From Octopus vulgaris (lineage: Eukaryota), in assembly GCA_951406725.2 (NCBI GenBank), contig OX597832.1, positions 7,998,001 through 8,062,000 of the forward strand: 64,000 nucleotides of DNA, given 5' to 3'. The notes under the pieces are model-generated. The model had not been told where the DNA came from, ran no database searches, and saw only the letters and a program-made list of their open reading frames with translations. Positions within the stretch are counted from its first letter, which is position 1, and each line of letters opens with the position of its first letter. Made by a program: the position numbers and the translations under genes. This document shows, piece after piece, positions 13,940 through 27,145 of the stretch.

Positions 13940-14717
13940 TAGCAAAAGCGACGTCGTTTTGGAACTCCCAAGTAGTTCATGAATTTTGTTGTTTTGAAGA
14001 AGATAATTTTGCTTTTTGTTGCATCACTTTATTACAAAGCCAGACAACATCTTCTGAAGTTAGTTGGCTATCTGAACTTTGTTGGAGCTGTTTTTATAGG
14101 TGATTCTTCCATTCCATTTGGTGCTGCAATCGCTATTGTTGCGGTTGCACAATGCAGTTGCTGTTGCTGGTGCTAACGGTACTGCATTTATTGCTACCTT
14201 GTAGTCGATATTGATTTGATGTTGTCAGTAGTGGATACATTCTTCCATCTGTCACTTCCTGTTGATGAAGGTAGAATTTTTTCCAGGCGATTGGTGTTGC
14301 GACATCTGAGATGTTTAATAATTCTATCTGAAGTTGCCGCCCTCATGGTATCTCTATTGGACTGAGGAAACTTGCAGAGTCTAACGTTTCACCTGAATCA
14401 AGTGGCCCCTCATATCCCAACCAAATTATTCTTTCCGGATCTTTATATCTCTATCAAAGTGCCAGCAACACCGCCTACCAGAAGAATTATTCTTGTGGTA
14501 TATTCTTTATTCTTTTATTTCAGTCATTTGACAGCGACCATGCTTGGGCACCGCCTTTAGTCGAGCAAATCGACCACAGGACTCATTCTTTGTAAGCCTA
14601 GTACTTATTCTATCGGTCTCTGTTGCCGAACCACTAAGTGACGGGTACGTAAACACACCAGCATCGGTTGTCAAGCGATGTTGAGGGGACAAACACAGAC
14701 ACACAAACATACACACG

Positions 14718-14764
<47 letters not shown>

Positions 14765-15700
14765 ACACACACATATATATACATAATATTTATGACGGAC
14801 TTCTTTCAGTTTCTGTCTACCAAATCCACTCACAATTCTTTGGTCGGCCCGAGGCTATAGTAGAAGACACTTACCCAAGGTGCCACGCAGTGGGACTGAA
14901 CCTGGAACCATGTGGTTTGTAAGCAATCTACTTACCACACTTCCACTCCTGCGCCTAAATTTTACCCCGTAAACTTTTCATTCTAGAAAAATTGGTATCA
15001 ATGTTAATTCCTCACTAGTACGAACTTTTGGACCAGGGTCTTTGAATGAATATTTCTCCGCGTGCAAAAGTATTTCCTGGAACGTTTGACAAACGTCTAT
15101 ACCTTCCTAGGTAATTTCAAGCTCAGTTCAGCTTGTTCTGAGGAAACACGCTGTTGTCTATTCTTCAATGATATAAACCTATACATCACTGTTTGCTCTA
15201 AGACTTTTGCTGTAACGTGACTGTAACCTTTCCTTCTCCAAGTCTACTGACGACTGGCTTTGATTTTTATGTATTAATTTCTTTGTCCCATGGTCGTAAA
15301 TCAAATGCTTTTGCAACGCCAGCCCTATTTCCATTCCGTGTTCTTCTTGGTGCTGCTATCATGGTGTGGCGATATGAGCTCTATTCAAGGTAGTACACTA
15401 GTCTGTTGCAAGCGGGCCGGTAACTGTGGGTCTGAATTTCTTTCTCCCCGACATTTTTGTGGGTGATGGTGACGGATTACCTCCTGATGTTTGCTTTATT
15501 ACTCGACTCATTTTTCTCCTATATTTTTTCGTTGCAGTAGCTATTGTTCTGTTACTATTCTTGTTTCTGTGCTACTAATATTGTTGCAGCTACTTGTGGT
15601 CTTTGAGTTGGCTACTGTGTGGTGAGAATTTGACTAGAAACGATAGTTCTCCTCTTCAGAATTATCTGCAAACACTCTACTCTTCCTGACCAGCCTTGCG
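13940..15700 (-). mobile_element. Probable decayed 5' region of an RLE-type LINE, interrupted by a SINE
   Basis: Weak similarity only (PWDKEINT near 15270-15293 resembles the R4/Dong N-terminal W..E.N motif); many stops. Confidence 0.3.
14501..14955 (-). mobile_element. SINE family A, full length
   Basis: Collinear with 61720-62123; tRNA-like head GGCGCAGGAGTGG..GTGTGGTAAG..GGTTCAGTCCC, CCTTGGGTAAGTGTCTT core-like block, internal (GT)n, CAAATGACTGAAA tail. Confidence 0.9.
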
Positions 15701-15744
15701 GAAAAGACCGAAGGTGGAAGTTGGTTTGATAATTCTAATATATG

Positions 15745-15822
15745 TATGTGTGCATGTATGTATGTATGTATGTATGTATGTATGTATGTATGTATGTATG
15801 TATGTATGTATGTATGTATGTA
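15745..15822. repeat. (TATG)n microsatellite
   Basis: Direct observation. Confidence 0.95.
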
Positions 15823-16144
15823 TACAATTATACATACATACTTTATTGGTGTTGTTTTTATAGGTGAATCTTCCATTCCATTTCGTGCTGCAATCGCTAT
15901 TGTTGCAGTTGCACAATGCAGTTGCTGTTGCTGGTGCTAGCGGTACTGCATTTATTTATTTATTTTTTTTCTCCAAAAAGTATAAAAACAATGATATATA
16001 TAATATAATAAGTAAAAATACCACGTACATTCCATGGCTATAATTAAATTCAAATTACAATTAATATTTATACTGTGAAATTTGATTTAATACTAAATCT
16101 AATTTTTCCCTGTAAGTTTGGAGCCATACTCCCTCACATTATTA

Positions 16145-16214
<70 letters not shown>

Positions 16215-16355
16215 ATATGACACATAGACACGCGCACATAGGCATATATAACATAGAAAAAGAGAAAACTCGAATTATATTTGAAATCTCATTTTCATGT
16301 TAATTGCTGACGTATTTATCTTCTACAGTGTAGTGAGCATTAGTACGAGTACATA

Positions 16356-17466
16356 TTACGTTGTTTCACATGAAATATCGCATTTTTAATTACTTGTTAT
16401 TTTAGTCATTTAAAAACTCAATTATGTATACCTTGCATTTAATCTTGACGCGTTTTCCTTCCTAACAATATTGGTATACAAAATTCGTACCCACCGACAT
16501 TAACGAAAATGATAACAACCAAACTATGTCGAGTGATTTTATAATATGCTCTACGGAATATCAAGCGGACCTTTGGTAATTGTATTATTGACATCAGAAC
16601 TGTTTAGAGATGGTTGCAAAGCTCTCGTTCAGGAGATGATAGGCCAAAATCAGTTATTCGGCATGATGGTTTAAATACATTGGTTGCACATAGTCGGAGA
16701 ACAAAGGTTCGAAAACTTTCATCGGAAATCCAAGCATCTCGCACAACTGCTTTAGAAAACCTATAAAAAATTGGAAAATTCAAGAGAATATATAGGTATG
16801 TTCTACATCAACTGAACCATTTTTGTATCAAATCATTACTTGTGATGAGAAATAGATACTCTTTGACAACAGCAGGAGAGAAGGACGGGAATTAGATGCA
16901 GTCACCATTACACCCTAGAAAGTTAGTGGTCACTGTATAATGGTCTGCGAAGGAAGGTATTCATTATTCATTTTTGCAACGAGGAAAACGGTTGCGGCAG
17001 CATCGTATTGTTAGGAAATTGATTGTATGCATGAGAATTTAAAAAGTAAGCAACCCAGAGTAGTGAATAAAGATGGCCCAATTTTACTACATGAAATTGC
17101 ACGTCCTCACACTCCTCAATCTACGGTCCAAAAGTTGCAAAGCCTGAATTATGAGATTTTTCAACATCCTCTCTATTTCCCTGATATCTCTCCTACTGAT
17201 CATCACTTGTTTAAACATTTTGAGTTTTTCATAAGCAATAAAACATTCTTAAATAAAGAAGAGGTAACTAAAGCATTCGGACAGTTTATCACAGCAAAAG
17301 ATGATGTTTTTTCTTTTTAAGATGGAATATGTAACATAGAGAAACGCTGGGTAAAGGTCATAAATGAACATGGATCATACTTTGATTAAATATATCAGTT
17401 CTCAAGCACTTCTGAAACATTTTATTGTTACCTTTCAAATACGAGATTTCATGTAGAACAATCTAA
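16356..17466 (+). mobile_element. Mariner transposon relic with both TIRs
   Basis: TIRs TTACGTTGTTTCACATGAAATATCGCATTT / revcomp TTAGATTGTTCTACATGAAATCTCGTATTT; left TA; IITCDEK.ILFDN, ILLHEIARPHT, HPLYFPDISPTDHHLF, RWVKVINEHGSYFD*; stops and frameshifts. Confidence 0.92.
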
Positions 17467-18546
17467 GAGATAGATGTCAATCGCTTGGCAAACTTACTGT
17501 CTTTCGTTATTCTTTTGTTGTTCTTTCCTTGAGCCAACCATGATCGAACAGATGTATGAACAAAGCCATTTCAGTGATAATCGGTATGTTCTAGGTATAG
17601 TATAACTTAGAATACATTCCGATCTAAGTCCTTTTGTTGAAGAAATTAGGATGCGATTGGACGTAGATGTTATTTTAAACAAGTCGAGAGAATATGCAGA
17701 GCCCCGCCTCCCTTGAATATATTTACCCTAGGCATTGTTATAAAGATAAAATATTCAATTGTGATACAACGCCCACTTGCTTTACACACATTGTTGCATA
17801 TTGCATACAAAAATAGAAAATATAATAGGATTAGCAAGAGGAAAAACCATGTGGAATTGTGATTCACAGCCAATTTGATAGCAGTAATTGTTTTGAAAGC
17901 TGTTCTTTAGTTGACAATTTTCATTAAAACTTTTGTAACAGCTGCTGTATTGCATTAATATGTAGTAGCCACGAGTTACAGATAAATGTGAATGCAGACA
18001 GCACGTATTTGCACAGGAAAAGTATTTTATTCCATATAACATGTTTACAATTTAATGTGCCTCCGACACAAAATATATTTACCATAAGTTTACTCGTTTA
18101 CGGAAATATTTTATTAAATCTATGAAACATATTGCATACATACATACATCCACATGTATACATTCGTCTATATACATATATGTACATACACACTCACATA
18201 GATATATTACTCCAATAGCTGTTAACAAAACAAACGTAGAATAGACTTTTCTTCATCCAATTATATAAAAGGCGGATTTCGTGTATTATGTGGGTTTCAC
18301 ATGGAGAGAAATGAAATTAACAGTTAAATTTGCAATTGTATGTACATATTAGTACAGCTCTATATTTAAGAGATGGGGAATTATGTACATTATTTACGTT
18401 ATTTACATTTGACAGATATTTGTCCTCATTTTGTATGATGTTGACACGACGTTTCGGCTGATGTACTCTCCAGCCTTCATGAAGTCTCCTGGGGAAATTG
18501 CGAACCTGGGTATTTTCCCGATGTGTTGCTGTTGCTGTTGTTGTTG

Positions 18547-18585
<39 letters not shown>

Positions 18586-18679
18586 TCACTGCCTGAACTC
18601 GGAAGCATAGGTTCAGTAGCCAGAGCTCCTAACCACTACGCCATATGCACGTGAGCAATTATGGAATTAATTTTAAGGC

Positions 18680-20989
18680 TTATAAATCTAATATTTTCCT
18701 ATCTTTCCTTAATACTGGTTCCCATACGCTACTCATATGTTTTCTTAGGAGGTTATTATGTCCTAGTATATGTGCTGCCTCTTTTAGTTTTCGTATTTTC
18801 CAGTGGTTTTCTTTGTCTATTATTTTAACTTCATCCCACAGGGGGAGGTGGTCTCCGTTTTTGCATACATGATCCGCTATACTTGATTTATTAATATTTT
18901 CTCGTGCAGGTGCTTTGCGATATTCCTCTAGCATTATTTTGAGGGGGTGGTAATGTTCGCCTTTGTATAACCTACCAGAGCTGCATGGGATGGAATACAC
19001 GCAGTCTTTGGGCATTTTCTCTTCTATTGGTGGTTCTATTCGAAAGGGCTATTTGCGAAGTGTTGTATTACTATTGAATACTGTCCTGATGTTACATGGT
19101 CTGCATATCTTTTTTATCTTTTAGGAGAGGGCTTTCACATAGGGTGGACAGACTGTGGTCAGTTTATTGATTTCATCCTCTCTTCTCTTCATATTTGGAG
19201 TGGATAGTATGTTTTGGGGGTAGTTGTTGCTTAATAGATTATTATTTAGCTTGATCATTTATTCGTGGTGTATATCAGGATCGCTACTTATATTCTTTAC
19301 TCGACGTTTTAGGCACTTAGCACTCCCTCTCTTTACACTTTATGGATGGTGGGAATTGTAATTGAGGTATCGTCCAGTGAAGGTTGGAGTGCGGTATAAG
19401 GATGTCCTGGATCTATACTTGGTGCGTGTTATTAATACGTCCAGGAATGCTAGCTGATTGTCTTTTTCCTTTCCCATTCTAAACTGTATGGATGGCTTTA
19501 TTGAGTTCACATGATCTAACAGTATTTGGACATCTTCCTGATAGGACCAGAGCATCGCAGCCATAGGGTTAGTTTTTGTGGCGTTGATACTAAAGCCAAA
19601 TTCTCAATGTATTCCATGTAAATATTGGCTATTATCGGTGATAATGGCGAATCCATAGTTTAACCCTCTCATTATCGATATATATCAGTATCCATTATGA
19701 AGTAGGTAGTTTCTACACAGAAGGTCAAAATTTCCATCAAGTTTCCTATTGGTATACTAGTGCGTTCTTTTAGATAGGTGTCTGTCACCAGTTTTTCTTG
19801 AATCGCCGATAGTGCTTCACCAGTTGGGACTTTGGTGAACAGACTTATCACATCTAGACTCACCATCTGTTTGGATTCAATGGTGGCGGGGGGGTATTCT
19901 TGATCATTTCTGTGAAGTGGGTGGAATTCTTCACGTACGATGTTGACTTTCCTACTAATGGACTGATTATATCCACAAGGAAGCGGCTCAGTGGATGACA
20001 TGCTGAACCTCTACAGCTCACTATAGGTCTTAATGGAATACTATCCTTGTGAATCTTAGGGAGACCGTACATGTGTGGCAGCTTACTTCAGTGTCGAGTC
20101 AGTTTTCTGTAATTCATTGGTATAAAGTGATCCTTGCTCTTGATCACGATCTGTGACAGCTTCCTCTCTGTTTTCAGAGTTAGGTCCTTCTTTACTTTGT
20201 TGTAGCTACCATCACTTATGTGACTTGCCAATTTTTCAGAGGGGCCAGACTTGTTCATCACCACTGTAGCATTTCCCATGTCCGCTGGAAGTATTATGAG
20301 GAAATTGTCACTCTGTAGTGTTTTGATTGCGAACTTTTCTTCCTTATTGATGTTTGGTTTGGGAAGTTTCGCTTTTTCTAGGACCTGTCTTACTTTCTAC
20401 CTTAACTTTCTCCCTGAGCTTTTGGTATCCTTATGGCTATCTCTTCAATAGGGTCTATTATGTCCAAGTATGGAATGCGTTTGATGGTTGTCGCAAAGTT
20501 GAGACCTTTCTTTAGCATTGCTTCTTCAGAGCTTTCTAGATGTCCGCTACTTACGTTAATTATTCCTTTCACGGGTGGGTGACGGACTTCAGTCTCTGAA
20601 CTTTGAGCTTCATAAACTTCTTAATGAGGCGCGTCTTCACATTTCCAAATTCTTTCTCGTACGACTTTTCCTGCTCTTCTTGGATTCTCCCTCTATCATC
20701 ATCTCTAGTTATTCTCCTATGTAACGAAGGTTTCATTGTTTAGTTGATGTTTTTCCCAACACTTACAATGGATCCTCTCACGGACGAGGGCATGTCCTGC
20801 CCTTTCCGCAACTCTTCGAGCTTTATATGAATCCACTGGTGTCATTACATTCAAGTCAGGTGGTATTAGCTTCGAGTCTCTACATCTACACAGGAAAGCT
20901 AGATGGTTTGAAAGACGAGCTAGTTTCTGATGGAGTTTCTCTGTATGTCTCCACTGAAGTCTAATTTCGGCTCCGTACCAATTAGACAA
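18680..20989 (-). pseudogene. Penelope RT + GIY-YIG endonuclease ORF, disrupted
   Basis: At least six ORF fragments in different frames; the expected YVDD after TLWLR is deleted near 19550. Confidence 0.9.
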
Positions 20990-21235
20990 TACAGTTCTCT
21001 ATTTCAGAGATGAGGATATTTCACGGATATTCGTCCTCATCTTGTTTGTTGTCGGCAGATATACTCTCCAGCCTTCATCAGTTGTTCTGGGGATGAAGTT
21101 AAAATAATAGACAGAGAACACCACTGAAAAATACGAAAAATAAAGAGGCAGCACATATGCTAGGATATAATAACCTCCTAAGCAGACATCGGGAAAATAT
21201 CTTAGGGATGGGAACCCAGGTTCGAAATTCCCCCA

Positions 21236-21282
21236 GGACACCTGATGAATGCTGGAGAGTACATCAGCCGAAACGCTGTGTT
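21236..21282 (+). ncRNA. Minimal hammerhead ribozyme motif in inverted pLTR (point-mutated)
   Basis: GACAC-CTGATGA-atgctg..cagcc-GAAA-cgctgtgtt; sister copy at ~18443-18488 (-) retains GAAA-CG-TC-GTGTC. PLE pLTR hammerheads are established knowledge. Confidence 0.75.
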
Positions 21283-22869
21283 AACATCAAACAAGATGAT
21301 GGAAAATATCCGTCAAATGTAAATAATGCATATATATTAGTAATCTTCGAAACCATGCAAATGACCTAACATAGTTTACAAAAATATAGTAATAAACGCC
21401 CAAACCTGCATGAAATGATTTTTTATTTGTATATTAAGGCTAACTTCAAGCTGATCACATAGTAAAATTGGTTTTTGTCCCCATTGTGGATTAAAACACG
21501 AAAAGTCACAGGTAGTCTGATTAAAATCTCGCGAGAATTTTTGATAAACACAAACAAGAAATGACACTTTGCTATCAAGGGGAATGATACTTGGGTAACA
21601 ATTCAAAGAGGACCCCCCGATCCGACCGGGATATTTTTTTCTCTGAAAGTGAACATATATACACATCATATGGACTTCACGTATAGCAGACACATGCCTT
21701 CTTGCTGAGCACCCTCATATTACTTGCACGCACTCTCATCTGATTAACTCGTATTTATCACTTCACTTAAATATGCTGTGTCTAACACCCAAGCCTCACA
21801 CAAACCACAGTCTTCTGGAAATCGTTGCATGTCCCGGCTTTTCTTCATTCGTCATCTTCCACCTGTCCAAGAAGTGTTTCGACTTCACAGGTGTCTGAAA
21901 GAAGGGAAAAGTCAGGGAGATATCATATGTATTAAGACCAAACTAAATATATACCACTTGCATATGTGCATAAATTAAGGTTCTTAGTTCAAATCTAATC
22001 TGGCAATGTGTGTACATACAAGGAATAAAACATTTGGTAAAAGTCAGGGATAAGATGAATAGAAATGTTCTGCAGACTGAATTATTTAAAAATAATGTAC
22101 TTATGTTTTTTAATAGTTTCGTTACAGAAATAAGAGCAATAAGTCCAAGCAAACATTAGGGCAAGTGGGAAGGGACCCGTTCGGAATGTTAGGGAGAGAG
22201 TGAATGCCATTCAATGTACTTTGGTTGCAAGTTATAGTGGCAGCTTAATCAGATTTGAAACTGACACTCTCACACACACAGACACACAGATACACACAGA
22301 CACACACAGACACACACAGACACACACAGACACACACAGACACACACACACACACACACACACACTGAGACAAAAGAGATAGAGATAGAGATAGAGAGAG
22401 AGAGATAGAGAGAGAGAGAGGGAGGCAGTAGTAAATATTCTTACCGAATCGATAGAAGTTAACCATTCAGGAAAGTATATTAGAAAGTATATTAGAATAT
22501 CAATTCACTTTGCATGTGTGGATATTTTTTTCATGCGGGTTTCGGCTTTTTCCAAATACTTTGATGTCGTTTGGCTTCCATAGTTTCCTTTCTAAATCGC
22601 AATTCTCAAATTACACATCACACTCTTTTAAACGTGTTTTTACCAAATGCACAAATAAAAAAATATATAAGAGAACTACATTTAAAAAATTAGTGTGATA
22701 GATATTTTTTTTTTACTTTTCTTTTCTTCTCGAGTTTACAGTTCCTTCTAGCGATGAAAAACTAGTTCAGCTGTCTTTATAGCGTTTAGATATTTTTAAA
22801 ATTCTTCTTAATCGTCATAGAATAACCTATGTAATATCAAAACCTTTTATTTTGCTCTATTATAAAATA

Positions 22870-22995
22870 TGGCTGTGAGCTGCATACGTTCGTTTTGCAA
22901 CCACATATTTCCGAGGTTTGATCCTGTATTTTGTACTGTAGCATGAGATTGACCAGTACCTACCTCAGTGGTAGACCGAAAATGTGCAGGGTTCC
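22870..22995 (+). mobile_element. Highly degraded SINE family A head
   Basis: GGCTGTG..CAACCACAT..TGGTAGACCGAAA similar to family A. Confidence 0.4.
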
Positions 22996-23000
22996 TTTTC

Positions 23001-23047
<47 letters not shown>

Positions 23048-23154
23048 CTCACACATACACACATACACACACACACCATACATACATACATACATACATA
23101 CATACATACATACATACATACATACATACATACATACGTACACACATACATATA

Positions 23155-23531
23155 TTTTTTTTTACTTGTTTCAATCATTTGACTGTGGCCATGCTGGAGC
23201 ACCACCTTTCGCCGAGCAAATCGACCTCAGGACTTATTCTATGCAAGCCTAGTTATTCCATCTGTTTCTTTTGCCGAACCGCTAGGTTACGGGAACGTAA
23301 ACACACCAGCATCGGTTGTCAAGCGATGTTGAGGGGACAAACAGAGACACACAAACATATACCCAAAAACATATATATATATATATACATATATACGACG
23401 GGCTTCTTTCAGTTTCCGTCTACTAAATCCACTCACAAGGCATTGGGCGGCCCGAGCCTATTGTGGTGGGACTGAACCCCGGGCCATGTGGTTTGTAAGC
23501 AAGCTACTTACCACACAGCCACTTCTACGCC
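23155..23531 (-). mobile_element. SINE family A with ~30-bp internal deletion
   Basis: Collinear with 61720 copy; lacks the CCTTGGGCAAGTGTCTT block. Confidence 0.9.
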
Positions 23532-23861
23532 TGTTTTTCCTATTCTATATATAGTTTTCTATATAGTTCCATTTTCTCAGCTGCTTCTTCTTCCTACTTC
23601 TGGAGAATCTCTCGAACTTCCTTAAAGTACGCCCGAGTAAGTAGATAAATGTGAAACATTTATAACAACAGCCCTATGAACGGGAACGTGATCTCTGAGT
23701 AGTAGTGTTTGTGATACTTTTTTAATGTTTTTGTAGATTTCATAATAAAGCATATTACTTTACTTCCGGTATTCGTCGAGTAATATATTCCCCCCACTTT
23801 GTTTCACATGTATATATATATAATATATATATTTATTTATTTTCACATCTTATTATAATTA

Positions 23862-24123
23862 CGGAGATGTACTTGCATAGCAAGTGACCTGATTTGGGAT
23901 CGTGTGTTGAAACCAACACAAATGCAGCGCGGAAGGTGCTTATCGGCCATTTAAATCACTCAAAAATCGTTAGATTCACTTAGCATGGAATTTTGTCAGT
24001 GATCAGGTCGCGATCTCAAAGCGACTAAAATATTTCGGGAAATTAAATGTAAATGTTGAAGTGAATCTAACGGTTTTTGCTTGTTTTTACATGACTTATA
24101 AACACCTTCCACACAGTAATTGT
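23862..24123. mobile_element. Foldback repeat family F (copy 1)
   Basis: Arms GGAAGGTG.TTAT..GCCAT..CGTTAGATTCACTT / AAGTGAATCTAACG..ATGACTTATAAACACCTTCC; same family at 40919-41200. Confidence 0.75.
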
Positions 24124-24408
24124 TCTTATAATAATATAATATTAGATAATATAATACAAGGAAATGCTAGAATATTAAATGTCCATTCTGATTGAACTAG
24201 CACTTTCATGCATTAAACTATGCAATCTTCAGGTTCATGTAGTAGTGGTTACAGTTATATTTTACAATTTACAACTCTCAGTTGTAAATTGACATTACTG
24301 TAACCACTACTACATGAACCTGAAGATTGCATTGTTAATGCATGAAAGTGTTATTTTAATCAGAATCTATCATTTCATTGTATTATATTATCTTATACTA
24401 TTATAAGA
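24124..24408. repeat. ~285-bp near-perfect inverted repeat (3-nt loop at 24277-24279)
   Basis: ATGCAATCTTCAGGTTCATGTAGTAGTGGTTACAGT pairs with ACTGTAACCACTACTACATGAACCTGAAGATTGCAT; CAATTTACAACT-ctc-AGTTGTAAATTG at centre. Confidence 0.95.
24193..24237 (-). ncRNA. Minimal type-I hammerhead ribozyme motif
   Basis: Minus strand: TGAAC-CTGAAGA-t-TGCAT-agttta-ATGCA-t-GAAA-gtgc-TA-GTTCA; stems I and II, both core strands and an NUH site are present. Confidence 0.7.
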
Positions 24409-24422
24409 TTGTAAACAAAACG

Positions 24423-24478
<56 letters not shown>

Positions 24479-24653
24479 TATATATATGCAGGTGAACACA
24501 TAGGTGCAAAGCAAAATGGAACATATAGTACTCGAATACCAAAGACATTGTGATATAATTTTCATTGAAGCTGCAAAATTAACTGTTCGACGAACGGGAA
24601 CGTGAAACTCTGTTTTGAGATAATTTTGAAGTTTTAATAAAAAATATATATAT

Positions 24654-24688
<35 letters not shown>

Positions 24689-25799
24689 CACACAGACATG
24701 CACGCGCGCACACGCACACACACACAAACCGACACATATATATACAGGGAGGGGAGAAAGATAGAGAGAAAGAGACATGAGTGTGAATCTATGAGCACGT
24801 CCATGTCTCTGTTCACCGAAATAAAAAGGATGTTTACACAAAAACGGTTATCTACGGATTAAGCTACTGCATTCTATATGATCAGCTAAAATTTCCTGAA
24901 GGCGATGCCGTAACATGGTTGCGATCCGATAACTGACACCAGAAAAATACTAAAAAATACTGGAAGCGTAGGAACAAATCTGTTATTCTAATTTTTCTTA
25001 CATACTTCGTTTCTAAGTTTCCACATATTTCAAACGCACCTCATACGAATATATTGTAAAATTTTCATTAAATTATTCTTTCACATCACTCTAACTCACA
25101 GAATTCTTTAACAACTTTGCTCAGATTTACATGTATATACATATATTTCGTCTACAACGCTTTATAGTACTGAGTTGGGAAGTTGACAACTGCTTTCTTT
25201 GTTTTTGTTCAACAAAACAATAATAGGACTGAACAGAAGCGTTAACATTCTGCAGAAATCAAATTACTGCCACAAGAAATGCTTCTGCCATTGGCAGAAG
25301 TGGTCTGGTAAACAAATACAATGCCTGCCTCATGCCATGTTAGATTAACAACAGAAAGTCTCTTGAAACAGACATTGCACAGCTTTTCAAATATCTTCGC
25401 TTCCAACCTATCACACTTATAACACGTCAAGTCAAATTTCTTGATCTAGTCGTTTTAAACAGAAAGACTTCCTCCTATAGTTGCATGGTTCGGTCATCTC
25501 TTTCGACGATAATACTTAAACTACTGAGTTTTCGGGTTAAATTTCCCGATTATTTTATGCCTCCTTTTTCAGAAACAGCTTGATGTGTAGTTGTACAGTC
25601 AATGGCTTTCGAGAGCATAGAGATTGAAATTGCAGTTGAGTGAATGTAGTTGATATGGAGGAATGGAAAGCATCTGAATATTGGAGAAGTGTACTATGAT
25701 GATCCGCGCAAGTTATCAATTACTGACACTGAATTCTGATCAATATTCTGAGTACACCGCAAAGTTTGGAAGACATGACATTAATAGCTGCCAGGGAGA

Positions 25800-26230
25800 C
25801 TGTGAATTCGTGGCCAGCCAGAAGGGGTGTAGCTTCTGACTAACGAGTGTGTGTCAGGCTTCACCCAGGAACTAATGAACAGGGTCTTAGACTCAATTTA
25901 GACAATTATGCGAAGCTGCTAGAGATTGGTCAAACTCTTGTTGAAGAAAGTTGCGGCTTGGATGCCATACGTGTGGCAGTAGGACTCGGCCTTTTGCAAC
26001 ACTTACGGAAAGACTCAGAAATGGTTGTAAGAGAATTTCTACGATTTCACAAGCCACAATTTCTGGCTTTCTTAATCCCATAGGTTACAATCAGAATACT
26101 CAACTAGAATACGAAGGACTTAACAACTTTCTACTAAAATTATCTTAGAAGGCTTTTGGTGAACTCGTGTAGAACTTTGTCCTATGTCTTGGAGAGATAT
26201 TTATGGAGCATTTTTAGATGATAAATGTTG
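25800..26230 (+). mobile_element. Tc1/mariner-superfamily (maT/DD37D-like) transposase relic
   Basis: GLRLNLDNYAKLLE / VKLLLKKVAAWMPYVWQ*DSAFCNTYGKTQKWL*ENFYDFTSHNFW, resembling YVWQQDSAPCHTS.KTQ.WL.EN...F....WPP. Confidence 0.7.
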
Positions 26231-26335
26231 ATTAGATGTTATATGTAGAACACGATGATCAAGGTTTCTCACTGTCGTTTTCTCTGATTTAGAATTATTT
26301 CCCCCTGTTTCTCTGTATGTCGTTCTTTCTTTTTT

Positions 26336-26374
<39 letters not shown>

Positions 26375-26559
26375 CTCCCTCTCTCTCTCTCGTTCTCTCT
26401 GTTAGTTGATTGTGATTAACCATTTTCATTTCATTAATGACTTTTCGTCGTTACTTTTTATTTATTCCAGGCAACGCCGGTAAACCTTCCTTTTTAACTT
26501 AACGTATTCATACTTTTAGATTGGACTGTTTAATGTATTTCTTTTCTACATTTTTGTGG

Positions 26560-27145
26560 CACAGTAGGCTCCATAATTTTCTTAAATGCAGAATTGATTA
26601 ATACATGAAACACGAATGAAGTCCATTTTCTGATACTAGAGTTTCTGGACAACCAAGTTCACACAGTCCCTGTTTTAATTCGTTTAATTGTGGATGAAGG
26701 TGAACTATTGTTCATCATAAACATTTCAAGCATCCACTAGTAATAAAAATATTTTCCATTCAGAGAGTAAGCAAAATCCTGGACTATGTTTTATCTGTCG
26801 CTAGCAATGGTTGCCAATCAGACCTTCCAGGCGTCTAGGGTGCTTGCATTCGAGTATGTCAAATATGTGATTGCTCTTCCGAGTGTTTCTTTATATTAGG
26901 CTAATATATGTAACTTCTTGCTTCTACTAGATTCCATACGATTTATACCTGGATATACCATATGTAATTGCATAATGAGCTTTTTACCAAACATGAGCCA
27001 ACCAATCACTTATGATAAAAACTCTTGTTGGATATTTTTTAAAATCCTTCTTGGACAACAGCTTTCTACATATTTACGAGTACAGACCAACAGTAAAGTT
27101 GCATCATATTGGAGCAAGAATATCATCGGACGCGATAATGCATCA
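26560..27145 (-). mobile_element. Gypsy-type LTR retrotransposon integrase relic
   Basis: Minus strand in order: DALSR (~27140), LHMVYPGINRMES (~26950), DFAYSLNGKYF/LLLVDA (~26750), LGCPETLVSENG (~26640); matches LH.GHPGI.RMK..DFAGP..LVVVDA..FG.PETLVSDNG. No LTRs seen. Confidence 0.7.

Larger units (their letters stand above)
18354..21335 (-). mobile_element. Penelope-like element, near full length, decayed, with direct and inverted pseudo-LTRs
   Basis: ORF pieces: LAFLCRCRDSKLIP (N-term), PADMGNATVVMNK, YGLPKIHKDSIPLRPIVS, MVSLDVISLFTKVP, LAFLDVLI..TFTGRYLNYNSHHP, GIY-YIG-like CVYSIPCSSGRLYKGE..SSIADH..RKLKEAAHI. Direct repeats 18354-18495 / 20991-21093; inverted copy ~21140-21335. Confidence 0.93.

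Noticed and set aside
13288-14103. 271-aa ORF
   Set aside because: Poly-Ile/Ser translation of (ATT)n/(AGT)n.
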